Assembly (NCBI GenBank): GCA_977020255.1
Contig: CDROCS010000506.1
Span: forward strand, 2,170,001-2,234,000
DNA from: Obrimoposthia wandeli
Taxonomy: Eukaryota
DNA: 64,000 bases
Direction of reading: 5' to 3'
Of this stretch, positions 20,393 to 30,487 are shown piece after piece. Position 1 is the first letter of the stretch, and each line of letters begins with the position of its first letter. Under the pieces are notes generated by a model. That model had not been told where the DNA came from, ran no database searches, and saw only the letters and a program-made list of their open reading frames with translations. The translations under genes and the position numbers were made by a program.

Positions 20393-20692
20393 ATGAACTG
20401 GACACTGGCAACGCAGCAAGCGACTGATAATATTTTGATGTTGGAACATGCTGAAGTGAATTTTGAAAACTTTACCGCGCTTGCACCATCTTTGGTGGCA
20501 GTATTAGACGCACGAGTATGTGATAAAAACTGGGGCGCAGATCGCCACGCTTGGGTATTAGAATACCAAGACATTAATTTATTATTTGAATTTGAAGACT
20601 ACACCAGCAGTGCATGGTTGGCGGTTGCTCGTGAAGAAGAGCAGGGCATTCTTGTTGAAATAGCAGAAAAGTTGAAATTACAGCAAAACTGA
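20393..20692 (+). CDS. Small conserved protein, DUF3630-like
   Basis: 99 aa; WGADRHAW.L......L..E.....WL pattern; follows recQ. Confidence 0.6.
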   Translation: MNWTLATQQATDNILMLEHAEVNFENFTALAPSLVAVLDARVCDKNWGADRHAWVLEYQDINLLFEFEDYTSSAWLAVAREEEQGILVEIAEKLKLQQN

Positions 20693-20747
20693 AATGGTGA
20701 TAAAGCTAACGGCTAGTTAGTTTTATTCTACTATCTACTATTTAATG

Positions 20748-21119
20748 TTAAAAAATTTCTTCTTCGTTAAACCATAACTCAGCCTGTAACGTCGTTGAAA
20801 AACTTTCGACAGTGATCGGGTTGATCGCTTCAATAGCGGTTACCATGGTATGCAACCATTTCGGTTCGGCTATAAACGCTATTTTATGCCAGTATTGCCA
20901 ATACTTTATCCCCATCATCGCATCATCTATTAACGCCTGTAGTTCGAATCCGACAAAATCATTGGCGAAAATAACGCAGACATTTACTTGTTGATGTTGC
21001 TTGAGGATATCGGCGATCACAGGTTCTAATACGGTTTCGTAATCACTGTGGGTGATGGTCTGCGATAGGTTAATGAATAGATTAGCTTCAGCTAGATTTA
21101 TGATGGTTATCATGGACAT
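20748..21119 (-). CDS. SpoIIAA-like (STAS/SEC14) protein
   Basis: ITHSDYE, F.GFEL.AL.DD...G......KIAFI....W pattern. Confidence 0.75.
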   Translation of the reverse strand: MSMITIINLAEANLFINLSQTITHSDYETVLEPVIADILKQHQQVNVCVIFANDFVGFELQALIDDAMMGIKYWQYWHKIAFIAEPKWLHTMVTAIEAINPITVESFSTTLQAELWFNEEEIF

Positions 21120-21229
21120 CTCCGGGTGGCTGAATGTCCTTAATTAGGCGGCGCAAAGCGGCTAACATTCATGATGATGCATTAATTATAGTCGCTATTT
21201 GCTGATAATTATTGGGTGTTGCGATTAAC

Positions 21230-21361
21230 TTATCGACTTTTCACAACAAACATACTGAGGAGTACGCTGACCACAATACAAGTCAGTGCAATTACACTGA
21301 TTGAGGCAATGCCGACAGTATCAGAAAAAAGATCGCTTAAAAGTTTAGTCCAAATGTCCAT
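21230..21361 (-). CDS. 43-aa single-pass membrane protein, DUF3149-like (below the ORF-track cutoff)
   Basis: GAGGAG SD then ATG; MDIWTKLLSDLFSDTVGIASISVIALTCIVVSVLLSMFVVKSR. Confidence 0.7.
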   Translation of the reverse strand: MDIWTKLLSDLFSDTVGIASISVIALTCIVVSVLLSMFVVKSR

Positions 21362-21608
21362 TGTGTAACTCCTCTCACTTCGGTGATATCAGTAGTTCGT
21401 TAAAATTGTATATTTTAATAATTGTTACTTATTTATAGGTAATATTACTGATATTACAATTGGATTAACTGATCCAGATCAGTGAATGGTTTTGTTACTA
21501 GTATGTTATTTTTAAACTGTGATGATGACTCACTTTTACATTCTTATTCAGGTGCCATTCATATTATTAATTAGATACTAATGTCATGTATTCTATGGAA
21601 GCTTAAAC

Positions 21609-22136
21609 ATGATTATTGAATTTTTAAAAAATCCTTCTAATACTGGTTCTGTAATACCTAGTAGTCGGTTTTTAGTTGATGAAATGGTTTCGCATATATC
21701 GAAAAAAGGACCGGTAATTGAATTAGGCTCAGGCTCGGGAGTTATAACTAGAAAGTTAGCCTCGATGAGGTCAGTAAGTACCATATATGCATATGAAAAT
21801 AATGACGAATATCATCATTCACTTAAGAATATAGATAAAACTATCTGCTTGTCAGATCTTTTTACAATGGCGGCTACGCACCGAAATAAAAAAGTAGACA
21901 CTATTTTATCCAGCATCCCCTTTGTCAATTTCTCTGGCGAAAATAGAAAAAAAGCACTGAATATAATAAGTAAAACACTCGATGATGATGGGGTGTTTAT
22001 TCAATATACTTATTTAAATCGATGTCCATTTGGCCATGCTGCTTTACAGGAAAATAACTTCAAGGTTAAACAGGTCAAAAAAATATGGCTTAACATTCCA
22101 CCCGCGACCGTTTACGTTTACGAAAAAACCATTTAA
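21609..22136 (+). CDS. SAM-dependent methyltransferase, phospholipid N-methyltransferase-like (COG3963 type)
   Basis: FLKNP..TGS..PSS..L, VIELGSGSGVIT, ILSSIPF, FIQYTY. Confidence 0.75.
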   Translation: MIIEFLKNPSNTGSVIPSSRFLVDEMVSHISKKGPVIELGSGSGVITRKLASMRSVSTIYAYENNDEYHHSLKNIDKTICLSDLFTMAATHRNKKVDTILSSIPFVNFSGENRKKALNIISKTLDDDGVFIQYTYLNRCPFGHAALQENNFKVKQVKKIWLNIPPATVYVYEKTI

Positions 22137-22433
22137 GCATTTAAGCATTTACATCTTCAGGTGATAAATAAGTTTGCGATTTAATTGGCATAAATTAAGG
22201 TACAAATTACTGGCGGAATATGGCAGCACGGGTGCGGGTAAAGCAACGGGTTACTTCACTATCGAGGGCTTACGGCATTCACACAATCAATGTGTTTCAA
22301 CGTGGTCTGGAGGTGAGTAAAACCATTATAGATAACTGCGAGTTCGCTTGTATCATGATGCCAAAAACGCCTAAATCAGCTGTGCCACTACATTATGTAT
22401 AGTGGTATAGCCTCTTTTCTTGGGTGAAATTAA

Positions 22434-22631
22434 CTACAACATATTAATAAGGTTCGCGACTCGATGCTTATCTACATTGTTTAGTAATGAGACCATTTTA
22501 ACTATAGATGCTATGTCTTTTTCTATTCTTTCATTCGCATTCTGAATTACTTTTGGTGTAGGAACTAGCTCGCCTCTAAATACTTCATGTAATGCATTCA
22601 TTTCTTCATTACTAATTATGCTTTTTATCAT
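22434..22631 (-). CDS. 65-aa hypothetical protein
   Basis: ATG-started, helical-looking ORF in an AT-rich region; weak SD. Confidence 0.45.
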   Translation of the reverse strand: MIKSIISNEEMNALHEVFRGELVPTPKVIQNANERIEKDIASIVKMVSLLNNVDKHRVANLINML

Positions 22632-23031
22632 GAGGCTGCCTTTTATTTCTTATCTTTAAATTAATAATGCATATCTTATTTATTCAGAAAAATCGTACTA
22701 TTGAATATCAGAAGGGATTAGTCTCATCACTATTTAAACATTAAGCGTCAACATTGATGGTTGTAAGCTAGGGTATTCTAATTAAGATCAACTGGCGTCA
22801 GCATTTAATATCCAGTTATACAGTGTAAAAACGCTAATTATAAACGTAATAATAAATATTATTTTTAAAAAAAACATGTACTCTCCCCCCATTCACAATG
22901 TCTATATAGCCTATCATTTACATTATTAATTGTATTTTAAAATAATGTAAGCGTTAGTCATACGACAATATATTGGTTCATTGCAGTTAGCCTCCTAATT
23001 GGAGGATTTTTATGTCTGAAACATAATTACA

Positions 23032-23059
23032 TTGAATTGCGGGTCAGCTTTTGTATAAT
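23032..23059 (+). promoter_or_regulatory. sigma70 promoter of yhhQ
   Basis: TTGAAT, 16 bp spacer, TATAAT. Confidence 0.6.
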
Positions 23060-23100
23060 GCCCGTCCGCCTGCTTCAATTGAAAGGGCGGATACAATTTG

Positions 23101-23138
23101 CATGGGTTCCCTCACCCCATGAATTTAACTAAAAAGGT
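23101..23138 (+). ncRNA. preQ1-I riboswitch (type III, E. coli yhhQ-like)
   Basis: catgggttccctcaccccatg...ctaaaaagg, nearly identical in core to the E. coli yhhQ leader TGGGTTCCCTCACCCCA...AAAAAGG, which ends at the SD. Confidence 0.9.
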
Positions 23139-23143
23139 TTATT

Positions 23144-23821
23144 ATGCGTGAATTAACTGCAATGCAGACGCGTCAAGCGTTGATCTGTCTCTCTTGTTTT
23201 CATATATTAGTGATCACAGCGAGCAACTATTTAGTCCAACTTCCAATCAATATATTTGGTTTCCACACGACGTGGGGAGCATTTACATTTCCGTTTATCT
23301 TTTTAGCAACCGATCTGACTATTCGTGTCTTTGGTGCTGGCATGGCGAAACGCATTATTGCGCAAGTGATGTTACCGGCATTAGCGATCTCGTATGCGTT
23401 ATCCGTGGTGTTCTTTGAAGGTAGTTATCAAGGGTTCGCTGGTTTAAGCGAGTTTAATAGTTTTGTTGGCCGTATTGCGCTAGCAAGCTTTTTAGCTTAT
23501 TTATTCGGTCAGGCGCTTGATATTGTTGTTTTTAATCGCTTAAGACAATTAAAAACATGGTGGGTTGCACCAGTATCATCAACGGTATTTGGTAACTTAA
23601 TTGATACCATAATATTTTTCTTTGTGGCATTTTACCAAAGTTCAGATGCATTCATGGCAGCTAACTGGGTTGAAATTGCGACGGTTGATTACGGCTTCAA
23701 ATTATTGATTAGTTTGGCTATATTTTTACCATTGTACGGTGTGCTATTAACTAAATTGGCGAGTGTTATTACTTTCCAAGGTAATAGTAACAACAGCCTC
23801 ACAAGTGCAAAGCTGAGTTAA
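23144..23821 (+). CDS. yhhQ: Queuosine precursor (preQ0/preQ1) transporter YhhQ
   Basis: H...I..SNYLVQLP, TWGAF.FPFIFLATDLT.R.FG, RIALASF.AY..GQ.LD; riboswitch upstream. Confidence 0.93.
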   Translation: MRELTAMQTRQALICLSCFHILVITASNYLVQLPINIFGFHTTWGAFTFPFIFLATDLTIRVFGAGMAKRIIAQVMLPALAISYALSVVFFEGSYQGFAGLSEFNSFVGRIALASFLAYLFGQALDIVVFNRLRQLKTWWVAPVSSTVFGNLIDTIIFFFVAFYQSSDAFMAANWVEIATVDYGFKLLISLAIFLPLYGVLLTKLASVITFQGNSNNSLTSAKLS

Positions 23822-23845
23822 TACAACTTAGCTAGCACGAGGGCG

Positions 23846-23895
23846 AAAGGCGCTAAACTTATTCACCAAAAAGTGAAAGGTTTAGCGCCTTTTTT
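23846..23895 (+). terminator. Intrinsic terminator after yhhQ
   Basis: aaaggcgctaaac...gtttagcgcctttttt long hairpin. Confidence 0.8.
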
Positions 23896-23985
23896 GTTTT
23901 ATTACAGTAAATGTATTGGTAGTTAAGGTATAATCGCCGCGTCCCAGATTTTACGCTTTTAATTTACACGCAATTGAGGTGCCGA

Positions 23986-25134
23986 ATGGCAACTGACGTC
24001 GGTTTATACGATGATATCCGCCCTTTTAATGATGGCGAGATCGCAAGTGTTGTTGAACGCTTGGTTAACGATAAAGAATTTATTACTGCGATAGCGCATT
24101 TCCAATTCCCGCGCTTGATCAAGCATTTTAGTTGGGTGATATTCCCAATGATCCGCATGGCGCTACGCCGTAAATGTGGCAATATTACGAGTGTGAGTGA
24201 AATTCAGCACGAAGTAATTGCCTACATGGAAAAAATGATTGCCACCACGACTACCCAAGTTACTTTTAACGGTACTAATAATTTAGACAAAGATAAAAAT
24301 TATTTATTTATTTCTAATCACCGTGATATCGCGATGGATCCAGCGTTTGTAAACTGGGCATTGCATCATCATGGTCTGGATACCGTGCGTATTGCCATTG
24401 GTGATAACTTATTGAAAAAGCCATTTGTATCTGATCTGATGCGCTTAAATAAAAGCTTTATTGTAAAACGTTCGGCGAAAGGCGTGCGTGAGATGATGGC
24501 GGCATTTAAATCGTTATCGGGTTATATTTCTCATTCAATAAAAGAAGAACATCAATCGATTTGGATTGCACAGAAAGAAGGTCGTGCCAAAGACGGTAAT
24601 GATCAGACTGACCCGGCTATTTTAAAAATGATGTACATGAATGGTAAAGGCCAGAAAATTAGCTTTCCAGAGTACATGAAATCATTAAATATCGTGCCAG
24701 TCACTATTTCTTATGAATACGATCCAAACGATGCGGCGAAAGCCAATGAGATTTGTCAGTTAGCGACTGCTGGTGAATACAATAAAGCTGAATTTGAAGA
24801 TATTGATAGTATTGTACAAGGTATTATCGGCTTCAAAGGTCATGTTAATGTCACTTTTGGTGATGTCATCACCGATGATATTGCCGATGCCAATGAATTA
24901 GCGCTGCGTATTGATCAAGTCATCGATAATAATTATCACCTGCATAGCACTAATTTATTAGCGGCAGAGCAATTACATGGCTCTGATGAATACAAGCAAG
25001 CGGCGAGTTCGGTAACAAAGGCTGAGCGTGCTAAGTTTACTGCGCACTTGCAAAGTATACCGACAGCGCTACATGCAACAGTATTAGCTGGTTATGCTAA
25101 GGCAGTAGAGAAACAGTTAACGACAGCTGTTTAA
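23986..25134 (+). CDS. Glycerolipid acyltransferase (PlsC/GPAT-like)
   Basis: SNHRDIAMD (HX4D), IAIGDNLL, KSFIVKR, WIAQKEGRAKDG. Confidence 0.85.
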   Translation: MATDVGLYDDIRPFNDGEIASVVERLVNDKEFITAIAHFQFPRLIKHFSWVIFPMIRMALRRKCGNITSVSEIQHEVIAYMEKMIATTTTQVTFNGTNNLDKDKNYLFISNHRDIAMDPAFVNWALHHHGLDTVRIAIGDNLLKKPFVSDLMRLNKSFIVKRSAKGVREMMAAFKSLSGYISHSIKEEHQSIWIAQKEGRAKDGNDQTDPAILKMMYMNGKGQKISFPEYMKSLNIVPVTISYEYDPNDAAKANEICQLATAGEYNKAEFEDIDSIVQGIIGFKGHVNVTFGDVITDDIADANELALRIDQVIDNNYHLHSTNLLAAEQLHGSDEYKQAASSVTKAERAKFTAHLQSIPTALHATVLAGYAKAVEKQLTTAV

Positions 25135-25172
25135 TTATAGTCATTAGACATGGTTATTTAGATGTGATTTTT

Positions 25173-25196
25173 AAGCCCAGTATCGCTGGGCTTTTT
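25173..25196 (+). terminator. Intrinsic terminator
   Basis: aagcccag-tatcg-ctgggcttttt. Confidence 0.8.
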
Positions 25197-25247
25197 AATA
25201 CCTAAAATTCAGGGGGAAAGTTATTTTAAGTTTTTTTGCGGAAAGAC

Positions 25248-25278
25248 TTGCATATCTAAATGAGAATGATTATTATTA
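25248..25278 (+). promoter_or_regulatory. ryhB promoter overlapped by a Fur box
   Basis: TTGCAT, 17 bp spacer, TATTAT; AAATGAGAATGATTATTAT resembles the Fur consensus. Confidence 0.85.
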
Positions 25279-25282
25279 CCTT

Positions 25283-25457
25283 GTTCTTCAGGAAGTCAGT
25301 ATTTATTTCAGTAGGACAAGACATTGCTCACATTGCTTCCGGGTTAATTTTAATCCATTACTCCTTGCAGGGTAAACCGAATCTTTTTCGGGCCGGTAGG
25401 TCAAACTTCTAATCCCTCGATTATAGAGAAGTTTGATCAATACCGGCTTTTTATTTT
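25283..25457 (+). ncRNA. ryhB: RyhB iron-sparing sRNA with an extended 3' region
   Basis: Exact RyhB core GACATTGCTCACATTGCTTCC (25320-25340), TCAGGAAG near the 5' end, Fur box, long terminal hairpin plus U-tract. Confidence 0.92.
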
Positions 25458-25539
25458 CTGCAATAAACTCCTCTTTATTAACATAAATCAAACATTAAGA
25501 TACTTACCTAGTGTATTATTTTTAATCATCATGACTTCT

Positions 25540-25762
25540 TTTTACACATAAAATCCTGCTGCGTAAGATTCTTTTCCACATATTCTAAAATTGTCAGATA
25601 ATTTAAGATCTAACTTTAAATATATTTAACTTGTTGTTATTTATGTTTATTTAAGTTTTATCATCAAGATCTTAACAGGTTGGCTATTTTTTTGATCGTC
25701 ATTATTAACAGAGTTATCCACAGTTGGATCTAGATCTACGATCTAGTGGTTAAGATCTGATC
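25540..25762. promoter_or_regulatory. DnaA-box and GATC cluster upstream of polA
   Basis: TTTTACACA (25540), TTTTCCACA (25572), TTATCCACA (25714); eight GATC sites between 25607 and 25762; AT-rich spacer. Confidence 0.65.
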
Positions 25763-25854
25763 GCGAGATATATTTTTATCATCAACATAGCGTGAGTTGG
25801 CGGCTTGTGGCATGCTTAGTCTATTCATCACTTATTTCATTGAGTTTAATTTTT

Positions 25855-28656
25855 ATGTCTACGATCCCTAGCAATCCCCTTGTGCTTGTCGATGGCTCTT
25901 CGTACCTGTTTCGTGCTTATCATTCACCTCCGCATTTAACCAATGCCGAAGGTATGGCAACGGGTGCTGTGTATGGTGTCGTTAACATGTTGAAGAGTTT
26001 ATTAACCCAGTTTGACCCAAGTCATATCGCTGTGATCTTCGATGCGAAAGGTCCGACGTTCCGAAATGAAATGTATCCTGATTATAAAGCGCATCGTCCA
26101 CCAATGCCGGATGATCTACGTTGTCAGATCGAGCCTGTGCATAACGCTGTTAAAGCATTGGGTTTACCATTGATCTGTATTTCGGGTGTTGAAGCCGATG
26201 ACGTGATCGGTACGATCGCGAAACAAGCGAGTGCAGAAGGTCGTGCCGTCTTGATCAGTACAGGTGATAAAGATATGGCGCAGTTAGTTGACGAACATGT
26301 CACGCTGATCAACACCATGACTGATACTGTATTGGATCCGCAAGGCGTTAAAGACAAATTCGGTGTACCACCAGAGCTGATCATCGATCTGCTTGGTTTA
26401 ATGGGCGATGCCGCTGATAATATTCCTGGTGTACCGGGTGTTGGCGAAAAGACAGCGTTAGGCCTGTTGCAAGGACTCGGTAGCATCAAAGATATCTACA
26501 ATAACTTAGATGCGATCGCACCTTTAGGTTTCCGTGGATCGAAAACACTAGCTAAAAAGATGATCGAACATAAAGACAATGCTGAAATTTCTTATGCATT
26601 AGCAACGATCAAACTCGATGTTGAAACAGGTGTAACGCTTGATGATCTCGCGATCGCAGAAACAGATGTTGATGCATTAGCTGAGTTATACAAACAGATG
26701 GGCTTCAAACGTTGGTTAGCGGCGTTAGTTGGCGGCGCTGATGCAACCAAGCATGTACATGCAGGTAAAGCAGCGAAATCAACTTCAGCGACAAGCGAGT
26801 CTGATTCTGACACTGCTGATGTAGTAGCGCCTTGTACTATTGATCGCAGTAACTATGAAACGATTTTAACCCAAGCTGATTTTGATCGCTGGTTAGAAAA
26901 ATTACAAAAAGCCGATCTGTTTGCACTTGATACTGAAACAACAAGCCTTAATTACATGCAGGCTGAATTAGTCGGTCTGTCATTTGCTGTTGCAGAAGGC
27001 GAAGCGGCTTATTTACCTGTTGCGCATGACTACATTGACGCGCCTGAGCAATTAGATCGTGACCATGTATTAGCGTCATTAAAAGCCTTACTAGAAGACA
27101 GTAATGCTAAAAAGGTCGGCCAGAATTTAAAATACGATACTTCAGTGTTAGCCAACTACGGCATTAAGTTAGCTGGTATTGCTTATGACACTATGATCGA
27201 ATCGTATGTCTATAACAGTATTGCGACGCGTCATAATATGGACAGCTTAGCGGAAAAATATTTAGGTCATCAAACTATTAGTTTTGAAGAGATTGCGGGT
27301 AAAGGTAAAAAACAATTAACCTTTAACCAAATCGAGATCGAGCAAGCATCTCCGTATGCAGCTGAAGATGCAGATGTAACTTTACGCTTACACAATGTGT
27401 TGTGGCCTAAAATCGAAGCTGAACCTTCGTTAGTGACTTTATTTAACGAAGTTGAATTACCGTTAGTGAGCATCTTGTCGTCGGTTGAACGCGAAGGTGT
27501 GTTGATTGATAAATCAAAACTAGATGCCCAAAGTGTAGAGCTTGGTGCTCGTATGCTAGAACTGGAAGCAAAAGCGCACGAAATTGCTGAGCAACCTTTT
27601 AACCTAAGCTCGCCAAAACAGCTGCAAGAAATTCTATTTGTACAAATGGAATTACCGGTCATCAAGAAAACACCAAAAGGTGCACCGTCGACAGCGGAAG
27701 AAGTGTTACAAGAATTAGCACTAAATTACCCGTTACCAAAATTGATTTTAGAATACCGTAGTTTAAGTAAACTGAAATCAACCTATACGGATAAGTTACC
27801 AACCTTGATTGAAGAAAAAACTGGTCGTGTACATACGTCTTATCATCAAGCCGTTACTGCGACCGGTCGTTTATCATCAAGCGATCCAAATCTACAAAAT
27901 ATTCCTGTACGTGCCGGTGAAGGTCGACGTATCCGTCAGGCGTTTATTCCTGCAGCAGGTTATAAATATGTCGCAGTGGATTATAGCCAAATTGAATTAC
28001 GTATCATGGCGCATTTATCACAAGATAAAGGCTTATTAACGGCGTTCTCGGAAGGTAAAGATATTCACAGCGCGACAGCTGCTGAAGTATTCTCTGTTGA
28101 TTTAGCAGATGTCACGACAGATCAACGTCGTAGTGCTAAAGCGATTAACTTCGGTCTTATTTATGGCATGAGTGCATTCGGTCTAGGCCGTCAGTTAAAT
28201 GTGCCACAGAAAGAAGCTAAGCAGTACATGGCGCGCTACTTTGAGCGTTACCCTGGCGTACTTACATACATGGACGAAACGCGTAAAGTAGCCAAAGAAA
28301 ATGGTTATGTTGAAACGTTATCGGGTCGTCGTCTGTATTTACCGGAAATTAATGCACGTAATAAAATGCGTCAAATGGCTGCAGAACGTGCTGCGATCAA
28401 TGCACCAATGCAAGGTACTGCATCAGACATCATCAAGAAAGCGATGATTAATGTTGCTGGTTGGATGGAGACTGTTGAAACCGGTTCTATTCGCATGTTA
28501 ATGCAAGTACACGATGAATTAGTCTTTGAAATTAAAGAACAGCATGTTGAAGCTTACGTTATCAAAATTAAAGAACTGATGGCGGCTGCAATGTCGTTAG
28601 ATGTTCCACTACTTGCTGAAGCGGGTGTCGGTGATAACTGGGATGAAGCACATTAA
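25855..28656 (+). CDS. polA: DNA polymerase I
   Basis: [49 protein letters not shown]. Confidence 0.98.
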   Translation: MSTIPSNPLVLVDGSSYLFRAYHSPPHLTNAEGMATGAVYGVVNMLKSLLTQFDPSHIAVIFDAKGPTFRNEMYPDYKAHRPPMPDDLRCQIEPVHNAVKALGLPLICISGVEADDVIGTIAKQASAEGRAVLISTGDKDMAQLVDEHVTLINTMTDTVLDPQGVKDKFGVPPELIIDLLGLMGDAADNIPGVPGVGEKTALGLLQGLGSIKDIYNNLDAIAPLGFRGSKTLAKKMIEHKDNAEISYALATIKLDVETGVTLDDLAIAETDVDALAELYKQMGFKRWLAALVGGADATKHVHAGKAAKSTSATSESDSDTADVVAPCTIDRSNYETILTQADFDRWLEKLQKADLFALDTETTSLNYMQAELVGLSFAVAEGEAAYLPVAHDYIDAPEQLDRDHVLASLKALLEDSNAKKVGQNLKYDTSVLANYGIKLAGIAYDTMIESYVYNSIATRHNMDSLAEKYLGHQTISFEEIAGKGKKQLTFNQIEIEQASPYAAEDADVTLRLHNVLWPKIEAEPSLVTLFNEVELPLVSILSSVEREGVLIDKSKLDAQSVELGARMLELEAKAHEIAEQPFNLSSPKQLQEILFVQMELPVIKKTPKGAPSTAEEVLQELALNYPLPKLILEYRSLSKLKSTYTDKLPTLIEEKTGRVHTSYHQAVTATGRLSSSDPNLQNIPVRAGEGRRIRQAFIPAAGYKYVAVDYSQIELRIMAHLSQDKGLLTAFSEGKDIHSATAAEVFSVDLADVTTDQRRSAKAINFGLIYGMSAFGLGRQLNVPQKEAKQYMARYFERYPGVLTYMDETRKVAKENGYVETLSGRRLYLPEINARNKMRQMAAERAAINAPMQGTASDIIKKAMINVAGWMETVETGSIRMLMQVHDELVFEIKEQHVEAYVIKIKELMAAAMSLDVPLLAEAGVGDNWDEAH

Positions 28657-28718
28657 TATCCCATTAGAAGCTGATTACGCGCTGATTTTATAAAGCGAGT
28701 ATATTAAGTATAGAAACT

Positions 28719-28742
28719 AAAACCAGTCTTCGGGCTGGTTTT
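28719..28742 (+). terminator. Terminator after polA
   Basis: aaaaccag-tcttcggg-ctggtttt. Confidence 0.7.
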
Positions 28743-28771
28743 GTTGTTTTTATACATAAAAAAAAGCTATT

Positions 28772-28787
28772 AGTGCGCATTGTCACA
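28772..28787. promoter_or_regulatory. CRP-like site upstream of spf
   Basis: AGTGC-gcattg-TCACA (8/10); spf is CRP-repressed in E. coli. Confidence 0.45.
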
Positions 28788-28850
28788 AAAAATGTAACTA
28801 AATAACGTATTTTACTTTCGTATGAAATAAGTTTGCAGTATATTGGCGAG

Positions 28851-28947
28851 GTAGGGTATGGAGGTTCGAAATTATATTTCAAACCTTTTGTTTCAAATTG
28901 AATTTATTATTCATCGCCACGTCACTTTTTGACGAGGCGTTTTTTTT
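28851..28947 (+). ncRNA. spf: Spot 42 sRNA homolog
   Basis: Starts GTAGGGTA..GAGGT, contains TTTCAaACCTTTT, ends in a cgcc..gtca/tgac..ggcg hairpin plus T8; -10 TATATT at 28839; between polA and engB as in E. coli and Vibrio. Confidence 0.85.
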
Positions 28948-28976
28948 GCCTGCGATTTACTAACTACTCAGAACGA

Positions 28977-29660
28977 CTAATCGTCTTCGTTGATGTATTC
29001 GTAGTCGCTGTCATCGTATTCTTCCGCGTCTTCACTTGGAATACCAGTTGAAGGTTCTAGCGCATACCATTCACATAGCTTGTTTTTCAGTACATCAATA
29101 CCGGTATGCTTTAATGACGAGAATGGTGCAACTGTTACGTCACCACCAAATTCTTTCACTGCCGCTTGAACTTCTTTAACGGTTTTACTACGAACGCCTT
29201 GTTTTAATTTATCAGCTTTCGTTAATAACGCCATTACTGGGATTTCAGAATCAATTGCCCAAAGAATTAATTGTTTATCTAAATCTTTAAGTGGGTGACG
29301 AATATCCATTAAAACCACGATACCTTTTAATGAATCGCGTTTCTGTAGATATTCACCTAATGCTTTCTGCCATTTTTTCTTTACTTCAAATGGTACTTTA
29401 GCAAAACCGTAACCTGGTAAATCGATTAGGCGTTTGCCCTCTTCGATTTCAAATACGTTGATAAGTTGTGTACGACCAGGTGTTTTACTGGTTCTCGCTA
29501 AGCTTTTTTGGCGTGTCAAAGTGTTTAATGCACTTGATTTACCTGCATTTGATCGCCCAGCGAAAGCAATTTCAATGCCCGAATCATCTGTCAGGTGACT
29601 AATGTCTGGTGCACTAATCCTAAACGCAGCGTTTTCGAAGTGTATCTTTTTGTTATCCAA
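28977..29660 (-). CDS. engB: Ribosome-biogenesis/septation GTPase EngB (YihA); probable TTG start
   Basis: [34 protein letters not shown]. Confidence 0.95.
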   Translation of the reverse strand: MDNKKIHFENAAFRISAPDISHLTDDSGIEIAFAGRSNAGKSSALNTLTRQKSLARTSKTPGRTQLINVFEIEEGKRLIDLPGYGFAKVPFEVKKKWQKALGEYLQKRDSLKGIVVLMDIRHPLKDLDKQLILWAIDSEIPVMALLTKADKLKQGVRSKTVKEVQAAVKEFGGDVTVAPFSSLKHTGIDVLKNKLCEWYALEPSTGIPSEDAEEYDDSDYEYINEDD

Positions 29661-29799
29661 TCTAATATCTCTCATTGAAATTGTGTTAAATGATTACTTT
29701 TTTTTGAAAATGTGTAAAATAGTCAAATAGAATAATAATAAGTGTAACATGTCACGCCGTGACATGGGATCGGAAGCTGAAAATAACAAGTGGAATGCT

Positions 29800-30423
29800 A
29801 TGAAAAGTCTTGTCTTATCTTTTGCAATGTTAATCGGATTAATGGGTACCGCTCAAGCTGCAGGGGATGCAGCGGTTGGTGAAGCTATTTCCGGTACATG
29901 TGTTGCTTGTCATGGTGCTGATGGCAATAGCCCAGCAAGTATCTATCCTAAACTAGCCGGGCAGAATGCCTCGTATATTGTTAAGCAGTTGAAAGATTTT
30001 CAACTTGCGATGCAAACTGGTGGTGAAAAGGGTCGTAATGATCCTGTCATGATGGGTATGGCGGCAATGTTAACTGAAGAAAACATGCAGGATCTTGCTG
30101 CATTTTACTCAGCGCAAACAATGAAGCCTGAAGAAACGCCTGAAGAAGTGGTTGCTGCTGGTGAACTATTGTACCGTGGTGGCGACATCGAACGTGGTAT
30201 TGCTGGTTGTGCTGCATGTCATGGTCCACGTGGTAATGGTAGCGAAACGGCTAAATTCCCGAAAATCTCTGGTCAACATGCTGATTATATTAAAGCGCAG
30301 CTAGAGAAATTCAGTAGCCAAGAACGTGCAAATGACCAAAATGGTATGATGCATGATATCGCATATAAAATGAAACCTGCGGATATGGAAATTATTTCTA
30401 AATATCTAGGTGGCCTTCACTAA
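29800..30423 (+). CDS. Dihaem cytochrome c4
   Basis: Signal peptide; CVACH and CAACH; YPKLAGQ and FPKISGQ; divergent from engB. Confidence 0.92.
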   Translation: MKSLVLSFAMLIGLMGTAQAAGDAAVGEAISGTCVACHGADGNSPASIYPKLAGQNASYIVKQLKDFQLAMQTGGEKGRNDPVMMGMAAMLTEENMQDLAAFYSAQTMKPEETPEEVVAAGELLYRGGDIERGIAGCAACHGPRGNGSETAKFPKISGQHADYIKAQLEKFSSQERANDQNGMMHDIAYKMKPADMEIISKYLGGLH

Positions 30424-30458
30424 TCATTTTTTGTTTAGTAAGCACATTTTAATATCGT

Positions 30459-30487
30459 AAAAAACTCAGCCTCGGCTGAGTTTTTTA
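30459..30487 (+). terminator. Terminator after cytochrome c4
   Basis: aaaaaactcagc-ctcg-gctgagtttttt. Confidence 0.85.

Noticed and set aside
22200-22320. Frame reading YGSTGAGKATGYFTIEGLRHSHNQ, resembling a Walker A or integrase LRHS remnant
   Set aside because: Too short, no start, motif spacing fits neither family; likely chance. The overlapping 60-aa ORF 22220-22402 is also unsupported
22990-23026. Strong GGAGG SD in a cctcc/ggagg hairpin followed by ATG TCT GAA ACA TAA
   Set aside because: Only four codons and no antisense partner evident; could be a decayed gene start or a plain hairpin
25540-25762. Chromosomal oriC
   Set aside because: Lacks mnmG/mioC or parAB context and clear 13-mer repeats; kept only as a regulatory cluster
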